Source: Pirellulales bacterium
Lineage (GTDB): Bacteria; Planctomycetota; Planctomycetia; Pirellulales; PALSA-1355
Assembly (NCBI GenBank): GCA_022844125.1
Contig: JALHMI010000019.1
Span: forward strand, 40,359 to 104,358
Length of the DNA stretch: 64,000 bases
Reading direction: 5' to 3'
Below the pieces are notes generated by a model, which was not told the origin of the DNA, made no database searches, and worked only from the letters and a program-made list of their open reading frames with translations. A program made the position numbers and the translations under genes. Positions 9,000 to 20,252 of this stretch are shown here, piece by piece; position 1 is the first letter of the stretch, and the number at the start of each line of letters is the position of its first letter.

Positions 9000-10766
9000 T
9001 TATGCGGGCTGAGTTTCCGCCTGGGTGTTCTGGGCCGTAGGGTTCTGCGCCGTGTAGGCGTCGGTCCAGGTCACCAGGTCATCGCGACCTTTGCGATGGC
9101 AGAAGTCGCCCAGAGTTTCGCCGGCGGTCCGCTCCTGCTTGAAGTACGTGAGCAATGGCACCAGCGTGGACACCACCTCGTCGGCGGGCACCATGTCGCG
9201 GAAGTTAAAGTTCAGCCGGTCGCCGAGCAAACGACCGCCGGCGAAAACCGTGTACTTGCCGACCGCTTTGCCCACGAGGCCGATGTCGCAGTTGTACGGC
9301 CGAGCGCAGCCGTTGGGGCAGCCCGTCATCCGCAGCGTGAACGTCTCGTGCGAGAGCCCCAGCTTGGCCAGCTCGACTTCGAGTTGATCGATAATACCCG
9401 GCAGGGCGCGTTCGCTTTCGGTGATCGCCAGTCCGCAGGTGGGCCAGGCGACGCAGGCCATCGACCAGCGGCGGACGCTTGAGATCTCTTCGCTGAGCTT
9501 GACGCCGTGGCTGCGGAGGATTGACTGGAGTTTGTCGCGATCGGCCGGGTCAACATCCGTGAACAGGATGCTCTGATGAGCCGTCAGGCGGATGCCCGGC
9601 TTGAGGGTGCCGCAGATCTCGCGCAGCGCACTCTTCAGCCGGAAGTCGCCGTGATCGTGAATGCGGCCGTTCTCGACATTCAGGCCATAAAACAGCCGGC
9701 CGTCTCCCTGCTCGTGCCAGCCGATGTGATCGTCGAAGCCGTGAACGTCCTCGGGATGCGGATCCGCGAGCGGCTGGCCGTAGTACTCTTCGACCTTGGC
9801 CTTGTACTTTTCCAGGCCCCAGTTGTGAATCAGGTACTTGAGCCGCGCGATCTTGCGGTCGGCGCGATTGCCGAAGTCGCGCTGGACCATGATCACGGCC
9901 TTGGCGACATCGACGGCCTGCTCGGGCTTGATGAACGCCATCCGCTTGGCCACGGCGGGAAAGGTTTTCTCGGCGCTGGGAGTGACCCCCATGCCACCGC
10001 CCACCAGCACGTTGTAGCCAATGATCTTGCCACTTTCGACGATGGCCATGAAACCCAGGTCGTTGGCGTACAGATCGACGCAGTTGTCGCTGGCCAGGCC
10101 GACGGCCACTTTGAACTTGCGCGGCAGATACGTCGGCCCATACAGCGGTTCGAGCTCGGCGCTCTCGCTGCCTCCGCCGACGAGCGTCTCTTCGCCGCTC
10201 TCGGGATCGGTGAGCCAGATCTCGTGATAGGCCCTGGTGCGCGGCGAGAGGTTCGCAACCAGGTCGTCGGTGAGTTGCTCGAGCTCCTGATGGATGGCGT
10301 GGGTGAACGGCGCGGGGCAGCACATCACGTTGCGCACCACGTCGCCGCAGGCTGCCAGCGTCGAGAGCTGGATCTCGTTGATGCGGTGAATCGTCTTCCA
10401 CAGGTCATGCTTCACAACGCCGTGCAACTGCAGGCCCTGGCGGCTGGTGATCCGCAGCGTCGTGTTGCCAACTTCCTCGCAAAGGTCGATCTCGGCCAGA
10501 AGCTGTTCGCTCGTGAGGCGGCCGCCGGGAATCCGAGTGCGGACCATAAACGAGTAGTGTTTCGCACTCTTCGCGCCGTCTTTGCGGCCCATCGCGCGGG
10601 CATCGCGGTCGTCCTGCTGGTAGGTGCCGTGATGCTTGAGGAGCTGAATGCTTCCCTTGCCGAAGAAGTCGTTCTCGTCGGCAAGTTCTTGAGCAATTTC
10701 GCCGCGCAAGTAGTTGCTTTGAATCTTGAACGTTTCGACGGGGCTGAGTTTGGGTTCGTCAGACAT
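9000..10766 (-). CDS. cysI: assimilatory sulfite reductase hemoprotein (CysI/Sir type, siroheme-4Fe4S)
   Basis: Collinear by eye with E. coli CysI: SNYLRGEIAQEL, HHGTYQQDDRD, PRTRAYHEIW, TYLPRKFKVAV, NLLVGGGMG, QRDFGNRADRK, MACVAWPTCGLAITESER, MTGCPNGCARP. ATG 10766 (MSDEPKL) is preferred over the ORF-track start at 10847. Confidence 0.9.
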   Translation of the reverse strand: MSDEPKLSPVETFKIQSNYLRGEIAQELADENDFFGKGSIQLLKHHGTYQQDDRDARAMGRKDGAKSAKHYSFMVRTRIPGGRLTSEQLLAEIDLCEEVGNTTLRITSRQGLQLHGVVKHDLWKTIHRINEIQLSTLAACGDVVRNVMCCPAPFTHAIHQELEQLTDDLVANLSPRTRAYHEIWLTDPESGEETLVGGGSESAELEPLYGPTYLPRKFKVAVGLASDNCVDLYANDLGFMAIVESGKIIGYNVLVGGGMGVTPSAEKTFPAVAKRMAFIKPEQAVDVAKAVIMVQRDFGNRADRKIARLKYLIHNWGLEKYKAKVEEYYGQPLADPHPEDVHGFDDHIGWHEQGDGRLFYGLNVENGRIHDHGDFRLKSALREICGTLKPGIRLTAHQSILFTDVDPADRDKLQSILRSHGVKLSEEISSVRRWSMACVAWPTCGLAITESERALPGIIDQLEVELAKLGLSHETFTLRMTGCPNGCARPYNCDIGLVGKAVGKYTVFAGGRLLGDRLNFNFRDMVPADEVVSTLVPLLTYFKQERTAGETLGDFCHRKGRDDLVTWTDAYTAQNPTAQNTQAETQPA

Positions 10767-10852
10767 GGCGTGGAGCGGGTGGGTAGGTGATTTGCCTCGT
10801 CCGCTGGCGGGCAAGGCTTGAGTTGGCAAGTAAGGCCAGTTATTCAATCGTC

Positions 10853-10872
10853 ACAATGATAAGCATCATTGT
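10853..10872. promoter_or_regulatory. perfect palindrome ACAATGAT-N4-ATCATTGT overlapping the cysI -10 box (candidate operator)
   Basis: 8-bp arms at 10853-10860 and 10865-10872. It overlaps the -10 hexamer and the predicted transcription start. Confidence 0.4.
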
Positions 10873-10897
10873 AATATTTTTTCGAACTGCGTGTCAA
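10868..10897 (-). promoter_or_regulatory. near-consensus sigma-70 promoter for cysI (TTGACA-N18-TACAAT)
   Basis: Plus-strand TGTCAA at 10892-10897 and ATTGTA at 10868-10873, within a locally AT-rich stretch about 95 nt upstream of ATG 10766. Confidence 0.5.
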
Positions 10898-11070
10898 AGA
10901 GTCAACAGATCATAGCCGTCCCGCAGTTTCCGCACTACGCCGGTTCGGCTTGGGAAGAGTTCCAAGCTGCCCCATTTGCCGCCGCTGGGGATTGGTTTCT
11001 CGGCTGCAATGCCGCTAGAATGCCACACTTCCTGCCCCGGACAGCGAGCTGTTTCTCGCGCACTTGAAGG

Positions 11071-11949
11071 ATGAAGGTCCCCGTGACAGCACAACTACTG
11101 GATGGCAAATCGCTGGCACGGACGATCCGGCTGGAACTGCGGGACGAGATCGTTGAGTTCATCGAGAACAACGGCGAAGTGCCCACCCTGGCGGCCGTGC
11201 TGGTGGGAAACGACCCGGCCAGCGAAGTCTATGTGCGAAACAAGGTTAAGGCCTGCGACGAGGTGGGCATCCACAGCCGGATGTTCCGCCTGCCGGCAGA
11301 CGCCTCGCAGGACGATCTGCTGGCGCTCGTGGCCAAGCTGAATCGGGCCAAGGATGAGCCGACGCACGGAATTCTGGTGCAGTTGCCGCTCCCCAAGCAG
11401 ATCGACTCGACCCGGATCCTGCATGCCATCAGTCCGCTGAAGGACGTCGACGGGTTTCATCCCGAGAACGTGGGCCGGTTGGTACAGGGAGCCCCGCGGT
11501 TCATCCCCTGCACGCCGTATGGGATCCAGCAACTGCTCGTTCGCAATGGCATCGAGACGGCCGGCCGCCACGTGGTGGTGGTGGGGCGGAGCGAAACGGT
11601 GGGCAAGCCGATGGCCTTGCTGCTGATGCAGCGCGGCGCCGGGGCGGACGCGACGGTCACGGTTTGCCATAGCAAGACCCACGATCTGGCGCGCCTCACG
11701 CGACAGGCCGATATCTTGATCGTTGCGATCGGCCAGCCGCAGTTTATCAAGGCCGAGATGGTGAAGCCGGGAGCCGTAGTGGTCGACGTGGGCATTCACC
11801 GGACAGACGCTGGCCTGGTCGGCGACGTCGATTTCCCGACCGTGAGCCAGGTTGCGAGTCGGATTACGCCCGTCCCCGGGGGCGTGGGACCGCTGACCGT
11901 GGCGATGCTGCTGGTGAATACGCTGGCAGCGGCTCGCGCGCAACAATAA
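11071..11949 (+). CDS. folD: bifunctional methylenetetrahydrofolate dehydrogenase / methenyl-THF cyclohydrolase
   Basis: 292 aa. Typical FolD blocks: LLDGKSLA, PTLAAVLVGNDPASEVYVRNKVKAC, GILVQLPLP, DVDGFHP, VVVGRSETVGKPMALLL, VTVCHSKT, PVPGGVGPLTVAMLL. Confidence 0.95.
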   Translation: MKVPVTAQLLDGKSLARTIRLELRDEIVEFIENNGEVPTLAAVLVGNDPASEVYVRNKVKACDEVGIHSRMFRLPADASQDDLLALVAKLNRAKDEPTHGILVQLPLPKQIDSTRILHAISPLKDVDGFHPENVGRLVQGAPRFIPCTPYGIQQLLVRNGIETAGRHVVVVGRSETVGKPMALLLMQRGAGADATVTVCHSKTHDLARLTRQADILIVAIGQPQFIKAEMVKPGAVVVDVGIHRTDAGLVGDVDFPTVSQVASRITPVPGGVGPLTVAMLLVNTLAAARAQQ

Positions 11950-12204
11950 CCAGCCCTGGGCATCCGGCTCGCAGGGTTAGTGCACAAAGCGCTTGGCCGG
12001 CCCGCTGATTTTGTTGCCGGCCGCTGAGGTTTTTGTGTGGACACGCGCCGGACAGGCGGCTATTCTGGCCCAAGTCTGCCGTGACGAGCAATCGCTCAGT
12101 TCCCCCAGCACGGCATACTCTCCTCTCCCGATTGTGGCGCAGTTCGATTCGCCTCGGCAGCTTTGTCGACGCGAACCTTCGTGGGAGTCCAGGAAGAATC
12201 GCTG

Positions 12205-14067
12205 ATGTCTGAAACACACCTATTGCGTCCGCTCCGCGCGCACAAGAAACTCCATCGCGCGCGCGGACGCCAATTGGGCTCGAGCCTCGAGCAACTGGAA
12301 TCACGCTGGCTGATGGCGGCCGACGATCCGACAGGGGCCGTCGTCGAAGTGCAAACCGATCCGATCGCCGAGCCCGCGATTCTGATGCCCGGCGGCAATC
12401 CGAATACCACGGCCGCGAGCCTGCTGGCCGCCGGCGGCCCGGGCGATCCTGCACTACCGGGTTTTAACAATGTGGCGCGGAGTGGCGAAAATGGCACCGT
12501 GGTCTATCTGGGTGCGGGTTGGGCGCTCACGGCCAACCACGTAGCGCTCACCTCGAACATCAGTTGGGCCGGCCAATCGTACACGGTCGATACTGCCTCG
12601 GTCACGAGACTGAAGAATTCGGATGGCTCAAACACCGACCTGAAGATGTTCAAGGTGAACGGCGATCCGCCGCTGCCGGAGCTGTTTACTTCGTTCATTG
12701 CCTCGGCGCCGGCCGGCGGTCGCGTGATCATGGTCGGCAACGGATACTCGTCCAGCGGCGAACACTTCTGGTCGGTTAACAGGAACACGGCGCCGTGGAC
12801 CTGGACCGAGATCGCAGAACCGGCCAACCCGAACTACAACAATTACGCCGGCGTCACGGTCAGCGGGCCGCGCGTGGTGCGGTGGGGCGAAAACACGGTA
12901 CACGACACCGGACTGTACATGCCGATCGGTGGCGTGAGCGTGGCCGGTTTCACGACGCGCTTCGATCGTCAACCCTATACAAATCAACCGGCGCTGGCGA
13001 ATGAGGCACAGGCTTCGAACGGCGACTCGGGCGGAGCCGTGTTTTCGCTCGAAGCGGGGCGCTGGGTGCTCTCCGGAATCATGCTCGCCGTGAGCGGCAA
13101 CACCAGCGGGCAGCCGAGCAACACCGCACTCTACGGCGGTATCACATTCATCGCCGATCTGTCCGCGTATCGTACACAAATCCTGGCGATCGCCGGCGTC
13201 GTCAACCGGCAACTCGTTTACAACAATTCCTCGTTCGATAGCAACACTCCGGCAGTTGGTCCGAACGAAGACGCGGCCCTTGCCATCGACAAGACGGCTT
13301 ACCTGCCCGGCACCGGCGGTTCCACGTTCGACAGTATCTCGAGCTACGCGCTGGGCATCAACTCCGTGGTGATCGACGTGGCCAGCGTGCACGGCACACT
13401 GACCGCGGCGGACTTCAGCTTCAAAATCGGCGCGAACAATTCGCCCGGCAGTTGGATCGATTCGCCCGCGCCGACGCTGATCTCGGTGCGGGCCAAAGCG
13501 GGCCAGGGCGGCAGCGATCGCGTGCAAATCATCTGGCCGGACGGCGCGATCTATGGCGTGTGGCTGGAAGTTACCGTGAAAGGCAACGACGCGCGGGGCG
13601 GATTCAATACCAACACCGGGCTCGCCAAGACCGACGTTTTCTACTTTGGCCATCGACCTGGCGATGCCGGCGGAAACGGTGAGTCGGCGGCGGTCACCGG
13701 CGCCTTCGATGAACTGACAACACGATTGAACCCTGGCGTCAATGAGCCGGTTACAAGCGTCTATGACTTCGACAAGAACCGCATCGTCAGCGCTTCGGAC
13801 CAACTGTTCGCACGCTTCAGCGCCGGAATCCTGGCGATGATCGACGTGCCGGCCACGGTCGCGGCGACGTCGCTCGCGGCGGAAGTGGCGTCGCCCGGCG
13901 CCAGCGGGATCATTGAACTCGCGCCGCTCCCGTTGTGGGAGCCCCCCAGCATGCAGCCGGTCCATGATGCGGTGTTCGCGGCACTTGCGCAGCTGCCACC
14001 GCCGCCGCCGGGATTCCTCAGCGGCGGACTTTTCGGCGGCGGATTCTTGCGCCGGCCAAAACGCTGA
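12205..14067 (+). CDS. secreted trypsin-like (chymotrypsin-fold) serine protease with large C-terminal domain of unknown function
   Basis: ATG 12205 with AGGAAG 8 nt upstream. N-terminal LEQLESRWLMAADDP motif is common in planctomycete secreted proteins. Catalytic-triad candidates are GWALTANHVA (His), NTDLKMFKV (Asp) and SNGDSGGAVF (Ser). About 330 aa follow with no recognised domain, ending in a Pro/Gly-rich basic tail. Confidence 0.75.
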   Translation: MSETHLLRPLRAHKKLHRARGRQLGSSLEQLESRWLMAADDPTGAVVEVQTDPIAEPAILMPGGNPNTTAASLLAAGGPGDPALPGFNNVARSGENGTVVYLGAGWALTANHVALTSNISWAGQSYTVDTASVTRLKNSDGSNTDLKMFKVNGDPPLPELFTSFIASAPAGGRVIMVGNGYSSSGEHFWSVNRNTAPWTWTEIAEPANPNYNNYAGVTVSGPRVVRWGENTVHDTGLYMPIGGVSVAGFTTRFDRQPYTNQPALANEAQASNGDSGGAVFSLEAGRWVLSGIMLAVSGNTSGQPSNTALYGGITFIADLSAYRTQILAIAGVVNRQLVYNNSSFDSNTPAVGPNEDAALAIDKTAYLPGTGGSTFDSISSYALGINSVVIDVASVHGTLTAADFSFKIGANNSPGSWIDSPAPTLISVRAKAGQGGSDRVQIIWPDGAIYGVWLEVTVKGNDARGGFNTNTGLAKTDVFYFGHRPGDAGGNGESAAVTGAFDELTTRLNPGVNEPVTSVYDFDKNRIVSASDQLFARFSAGILAMIDVPATVAATSLAAEVASPGASGIIELAPLPLWEPPSMQPVHDAVFAALAQLPPPPPGFLSGGLFGGGFLRRPKR

Positions 14068-14092
14068 TCGCCGGCCAGAACGCGGCAAGAGA

Positions 14093-14908
14093 CTAGTCCG
14101 CGCCGCATGCTCGGCGCTGCCGCAGCGATTCGTAAAACAACACCGCGGCGGCAGCCGAAATGTTCAGGCTGTCGATCGCACCGCACATTGGCAGTCGAAT
14201 CGCGGTCACCCCGTCGCCATACCAGGCTGCAGAAAGCCCGTCGGCTTCGCTCCCGAGCACGATGGCGCATCCCGCCGCCAGCGGCGCCGCGGTGTAGTCG
14301 AGTCTGCCATCCACCCGCGCGGCGAAGATCGCCAGGTGGCGATCGCGGAGCCACTCAAGTGCTGCTGCGCTCGTGGCCGTGCACACCGGCACGCGAAATA
14401 CCGCGCCCAGGCTCGCCCGAATGCAGTTCGGATTGAACAGGTCACTCACGGGTTCGGCCACGATCACGGCAGCCACGCCGGCGGCATCGGCGCTGCGTAG
14501 CACGGCTCCCACATTGCCGGGCTTCTCGATACCTTCGATCACCGCAATCGGGCCACTGCCGCGCGGCTGGAGTGCTGCGAGCGAACTGGTTGGCGTTTCG
14601 GCCACGAGCAGCACGCCCTCGTCGCGTTCGCCGAACGCAATCTTGGCGAACACCTCGGGCGTGACTTCCCAGACGTCGCAGCCACAATCGGCGAGCAGTT
14701 TCGCGGCCTGGCGACTATCCTCAGTGCGGCAGAGCGATTCGCAGACGAACGTTTCCGTCGGGCGCACGCCAGCAGCCAGGGCCTGTTTGATTTCACGCGC
14801 ACCGTCCACGAGCATCCGGCCCTGTTTCGCGCGATGCCGCCCGGTGCGAAGACGGACCGTCTCCTTCACGCGGGGGTTCGTGAGGCTGGTGATGCTGCGA
14901 GAGGTCAT
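14093..14908 (-). CDS. TrmH/SpoU-family RNA 2'-O-methyltransferase
   Basis: 271 aa. SpoU motifs EKPGNVGAVLRSADAAG, IVLGSEADGLS and IPMCGAIDSLNISAAAAVLFYE. N-terminal substrate-binding-like region TNPRVKETVRL. Confidence 0.85.
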   Translation of the reverse strand: MTSRSITSLTNPRVKETVRLRTGRHRAKQGRMLVDGAREIKQALAAGVRPTETFVCESLCRTEDSRQAAKLLADCGCDVWEVTPEVFAKIAFGERDEGVLLVAETPTSSLAALQPRGSGPIAVIEGIEKPGNVGAVLRSADAAGVAAVIVAEPVSDLFNPNCIRASLGAVFRVPVCTATSAAALEWLRDRHLAIFAARVDGRLDYTAAPLAAGCAIVLGSEADGLSAAWYGDGVTAIRLPMCGAIDSLNISAAAAVLFYESLRQRRACGAD

Positions 14909-14931
14909 CGGAATGATCTTGAGCTTGATTG

Positions 14932-15783
14932 CTAGCGACGAACCCAGCAGACCGCCGCGCCACAGTTCACCCGCGCGCCGGAGGATGCCACGATATTCAT
15001 CGGTGCGGCGGTTGCTCGCCAGCCGGGCAACGGCCCGAGCAGATTCTCGGCATAGTCGCGCAAACTCTCAGCACTGGCCAATTCGGCGGTGTGGCATGAC
15101 AGTAGTACGAACTTACTCCCAACACCGCACAATTCAAAACATAGCGGCAGAAGTCGCGGCAGGTCGAGCTCGAGTTTCCACACCTGGCCCTTGGGACCGT
15201 GGCCATAGGCGGGCGGATCGAGCAGCACGGCGTCGTACTGGTTGCCGCGCCGCAGTTCGCGCTCGACGAATCTCAGGGCGTCCTCGGCGATCCAGCGAAT
15301 CGGAGCTTCGGCCAACCCCGAGGCGGCCGCGTTGCGGCGCGCCCACGCGACAACGTTCGCCGCCGAATCGACGTGCACGACTTCCGCTCCCGCGGCGGCA
15401 GCGGCCAGCGTGCTCGCGCCAGTGTAGGCAAACAGGTTCAGCACCTTGGGGCGACCGGCGAGTTTCACTTGCTCGGCTATCCACTGCCAGTTGGCCGCTT
15501 GTTCGGGAAACGCGCCCAGTTGACCAGCATCAGTAAGCTTAAGCTCGAGCTGGAATGCGCCGCAGTCGAGTGGCCAGTTGTCGGAAAGCGGCCTGCGTGA
15601 ATGCCAGCGGCCCCCCTCCCCTGCTGTGCGCTCGTAGCGGGCCGCGGCCTCTGGCCATCGCTGTGGCGATCGCTTACTCGCCCCGTCAGCGGCCGGTGAC
15701 GGTCGATCGAGCACGTACTGGCCGAAGCGTTCCAGCTTCCGCCCGTCGCCAAAGTCGAGCAGCTCATAGTCGATCGCAGACAT
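14932..15783 (-). CDS. class I SAM-dependent methyltransferase (RlmI/RlmK-like, PF10672-type)
   Basis: Start ATG 15783 (MSAIDYELLDFGDG). SAM motif NLFAYTGASTLAAAAAGAEVVHVDSA and DPPAYG. The 410-aa ORF-track version extends upstream through low-complexity Arg/Ala-rich sequence and is rejected. Confidence 0.75.
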   Translation of the reverse strand: MSAIDYELLDFGDGRKLERFGQYVLDRPSPAADGASKRSPQRWPEAAARYERTAGEGGRWHSRRPLSDNWPLDCGAFQLELKLTDAGQLGAFPEQAANWQWIAEQVKLAGRPKVLNLFAYTGASTLAAAAAGAEVVHVDSAANVVAWARRNAAASGLAEAPIRWIAEDALRFVERELRRGNQYDAVLLDPPAYGHGPKGQVWKLELDLPRLLPLCFELCGVGSKFVLLSCHTAELASAESLRDYAENLLGPLPGWRATAAPMNIVASSGARVNCGAAVCWVRR

Positions 15784-15815
15784 CGGACGCGTCGCTGGGG
15801 CGGATGATGGGAGCA

Positions 15816-17828
15816 CTAGTCGCGCCGGCGCGGACGCTTGGCGGCCGTCTTCCGCTGCGGACGGTAGCCGGCGCCCGGCCCGCCGCGAATGTGGTCGCCG
15901 CTGGTCTGCTCGCGCAAGCGATTGTTCGCGTCGCGACGACGGCGATCGAGCGCCGCCTTCGGCGGACGTTCGGGTATCAGGCAGTCGCAGCCACTGCCGA
16001 TCAGATCCTGCCGGCCGGCCTGCTCCAGCGCCTTGCGGACTTCGAAGTAATTCTCCGGCTTGAAGAACTGCAATAGTGCTCGCTGCAGCTTGCGATCGCG
16101 CAGATGCCGGGCGATGTAGACCGGCTTCTTCGTGTGCGGATCGAGGCCCGTGTAATACATGCAAGCGGCGATGTCGAACGGGCTGGGAATGAAGTCCTGC
16201 ACCTGGTCGGGCTGGTAGTGGTTCCGCTTGAGGAACAATGCCAGGTCGATCATCGAGTCGACCGTGCTGCCCGGATGACTGGCGATGAAATACGGCACGA
16301 GGAACTGCTTTTTACCGGCCCGCTTCGAAGCCTGCTTAAACTCGCGGTCGAATTTCTCGAAGTCCTCGGGGCCCGGCTTCTTCATCAGGGCCAGCACTTC
16401 ATTGTCCGTATGTTCCGGGGCGACTTTGAGCGTGCCGCCCACATGATGCGTAGCCAGTTCGCGCATGTACTCGCGGCTCCGGCGGGCCAGGTCCATGCGA
16501 ATGCCCGAGGCGACGAAGACCTTCTTTACGCCCGGTTCTTCGCGGGCCGCTTTCATCAAGTCGATGAGCGGCCCGTGGTCGGTGCCGAGCAGCTTACAGA
16601 TCGTGGGATGCACGCAGCTCAGCCGCCGGCACTTGGCTTCGACCTCGGGCCGGCTGCAGCGCATTTCGTACATATTGGCGGTGGGACCGCCGATGTCGCT
16701 GATCACGCCCTTGAATTCCGGGTCGGCGGTCATCTGGCGGATTTCGCTGATCACGGACTCCTGGCTGCGGCTTTGAATGATCCGGCCTTCGTGGGCCGTG
16801 ATCGAGCAGAACGTGCAGCCGCCAAAGCAGCCGCGCATGATCTGCACCGAGTCCTTCACCACTTCGTAGGCCGGGATGCGGCTCTTGCCGTAACTGGGGT
16901 GCGGCTTGCGGGTGAACGGCAGGCCGTAGACGCGATCCATCTCGCCTTGTGCGAGCGGCAGCGCTGGCGGATTCACCACCACGCACTCGCGGTCGTGATA
17001 CTGCACGAGCCGGCGCGCGTTGTGCGGATTGGTTTCGTTGTGGGAGATCTTCGTCATCTCGGCAAAGGCCCACTTGTCACTGGTCACTTCCTCGAAGCTG
17101 GGAAGCGTAAGCGTGTTCTCGGTCGGCGGCGATTCCTTCGCGCCCAGGCGATAGGCCGCGCCGCGCATCTCGCGCAGGTCCTTGACCGTCTGGCCGTCGC
17201 GCAGCCGCCGGGCAACTTCAATGATGCCCCGCTCGCCCATCCCGTAAACCAACAGGTCGGCCTTGCAGTCGAGCAGGATCGAGCGGCGGACCTTATCGCT
17301 CCAGTAGTCGTAGTGGGCGATCCGGCGGAGGCTGGCTTCCACGCCGCCGGCAATGACTGGCACGCCGCGATATGCCTCGCGCGAGCGCTGACAATAGGCC
17401 AGAGTGGCCCGGTCTGGCCGGCGGCCGATCGCGCCGTCGGGACTGTAGGCGTCGTCGTTCCGCACCTTGCGGTTGGCCGTGTAGTGATTGATCATCGAGT
17501 CCATGTTGCCCGCACTGACGGCGAAGAACAGCCGCGGCTTGCCGAACGTGCGCCAGGCCTGGCAATTGTGCCAGTCGGGTTGACTGAGGATCGCCACGCG
17601 AAAGCCCTCGCTTTCGAGCAGCCGACCGAGCAGCGCCATCGCGAAGCTGGGATGATCGACGTAGGCGTCGCCCGTCACAAACACGATGTCGACCTCGTCC
17701 CAGCCGCGAGCCGCCATTTCGGCGCGGTTCATGGGAAGCGGCGGCGTGCTGCGGCGCGCAGCCGGCGGCGCCGGCACGTGATCCAGCACCGGCAGCAGCG
17801 AGGTCGAACTGAACGAGGGCGTGGTCAT
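15816..17828 (-). CDS. ygiQ: YgiQ-family (UPF0313) radical SAM protein
   Basis: Start ATG 17828 (MTTPSFSS). N-terminal YgiQ block [40 protein letters not shown]. Radical-SAM cluster motif [13 protein letters not shown] (CX3CX2C). Conserved C-terminal blocks YFIASHPG and QVQDFIPSP. Confidence 0.9.
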   Translation of the reverse strand: MTTPSFSSTSLLPVLDHVPAPPAARRSTPPLPMNRAEMAARGWDEVDIVFVTGDAYVDHPSFAMALLGRLLESEGFRVAILSQPDWHNCQAWRTFGKPRLFFAVSAGNMDSMINHYTANRKVRNDDAYSPDGAIGRRPDRATLAYCQRSREAYRGVPVIAGGVEASLRRIAHYDYWSDKVRRSILLDCKADLLVYGMGERGIIEVARRLRDGQTVKDLREMRGAAYRLGAKESPPTENTLTLPSFEEVTSDKWAFAEMTKISHNETNPHNARRLVQYHDRECVVVNPPALPLAQGEMDRVYGLPFTRKPHPSYGKSRIPAYEVVKDSVQIMRGCFGGCTFCSITAHEGRIIQSRSQESVISEIRQMTADPEFKGVISDIGGPTANMYEMRCSRPEVEAKCRRLSCVHPTICKLLGTDHGPLIDLMKAAREEPGVKKVFVASGIRMDLARRSREYMRELATHHVGGTLKVAPEHTDNEVLALMKKPGPEDFEKFDREFKQASKRAGKKQFLVPYFIASHPGSTVDSMIDLALFLKRNHYQPDQVQDFIPSPFDIAACMYYTGLDPHTKKPVYIARHLRDRKLQRALLQFFKPENYFEVRKALEQAGRQDLIGSGCDCLIPERPPKAALDRRRRDANNRLREQTSGDHIRGGPGAGYRPQRKTAAKRPRRRD

Positions 17829-18088
17829 GGAATCAGAGCGGGATCGCAAGGCTTCAAAGATTACACGGCAAGAAAGATTACACGGCAAGGTAGCTCCGTA
17901 TTCTATCACCTGGGGGACGTTCGGACTTTCGGACTTTGGCTGCGGGCGGATTTTGCGGCCGGGTCCTCGCAATTTTCCGCGGGCGGCGAAGGTGGGGGGC
18001 ATTGTGCCGGGCTCTCGAAAGGCTATGGTTGTGTTAGGGAATGTGACCCGGTTATTCAACCATTTCTGCCGAAAAGCGCAGCGATTCC

Positions 18089-18313
18089 ATGACGGACGAT
18101 CGTCGGCCAAACAATCCGCAAGCCATGTCGCCGCGTACCATCTCGGCGCTGATTATCGGCGGCCTGGTGCTGTGGGGCCTATATATCGCTGCCGGGGTCA
18201 TTTGGTACGGACTCAATCCGCTGGGCGGAGTCGTCGTGCTGGTTTGCGTGGCGATCTTCGTGGGCTTCTGGATGCTGCTGCTCCGCACCCAGAAGAACGA
18301 GAACGGGCCGTAG
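18089..18313 (+). CDS. small hypothetical membrane protein (2 TM)
   Basis: 74-aa ORF from ATG 18089 with two clear hydrophobic helices ([43 protein letters not shown]). No other support. Confidence 0.45.
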   Translation: MTDDRRPNNPQAMSPRTISALIIGGLVLWGLYIAAGVIWYGLNPLGGVVVLVCVAIFVGFWMLLLRTQKNENGP

Positions 18314-18322
18314 CGCTGCTCT

Positions 18323-18359
18323 GTTCCGCCCCCGGCTCTACCGGCGGGGTTCTTATGCC
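18323..18359. repeat. dispersed hairpin element, same family as 53914-53940
   Basis: GTTCCGCCCCCGGCTCTACCGGCGGGGTTCTTATGCC compared with GTTCCGTAGCCCCCGGCTCTGCCGGCGGGGTTCTTTGCC at 53909-53947. Confidence 0.8.
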
Positions 18360-18550
18360 GGCACTTCTCTGGTGCTATCCGCTGCGCCGCAAAGAGTTAA
18401 CGCGGAAACGCAGCCCTCTGCCAGCATCGACCCCGCCGCGGTCCAACTGCGTAGAATGAGAGTGCGGATCCGAGATTGTTCCCATCGGAAGGTTGATGGA
18501 TAATCCGCGCCGCAGGTCCCCGATCAAGTTGCGCAGAACGAGGAGACGCC

Positions 18551-20242
<1,692 letters not shown>

Positions 20243-20252
20243 AAATCAGAAG

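Noticed and set aside
10898-11070. ZTP (pfl) riboswitch upstream of folD
   Set aside because: folD is a common ZTP-riboswitch target, and GCCGCCGCTGGGGA vaguely recalls the CCGCCUGGGC 3' module. I could not find the 5' GGGUCGUGAC/CCGGGCGGA sub-domain, so this is most likely chance. A cmscan run would settle it.
14932-16164. Long N-terminal extensions of track ORFs (14932-16164, 15816-18110, 24763-25299, 27169-27957, 27758-28525, 29628-31652, 31618-33108, 44383-45381)
   Set aside because: Family-typical N-termini and ribosome-binding sites support the internal starts I used. The extensions are low-complexity and overlap upstream genes or intergenic repeats.
16104-18092. 662-aa plus-strand ORF
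   Set aside because: Antisense to the well-supported ygiQ gene. Its product is low-complexity and Arg/Ala-rich.
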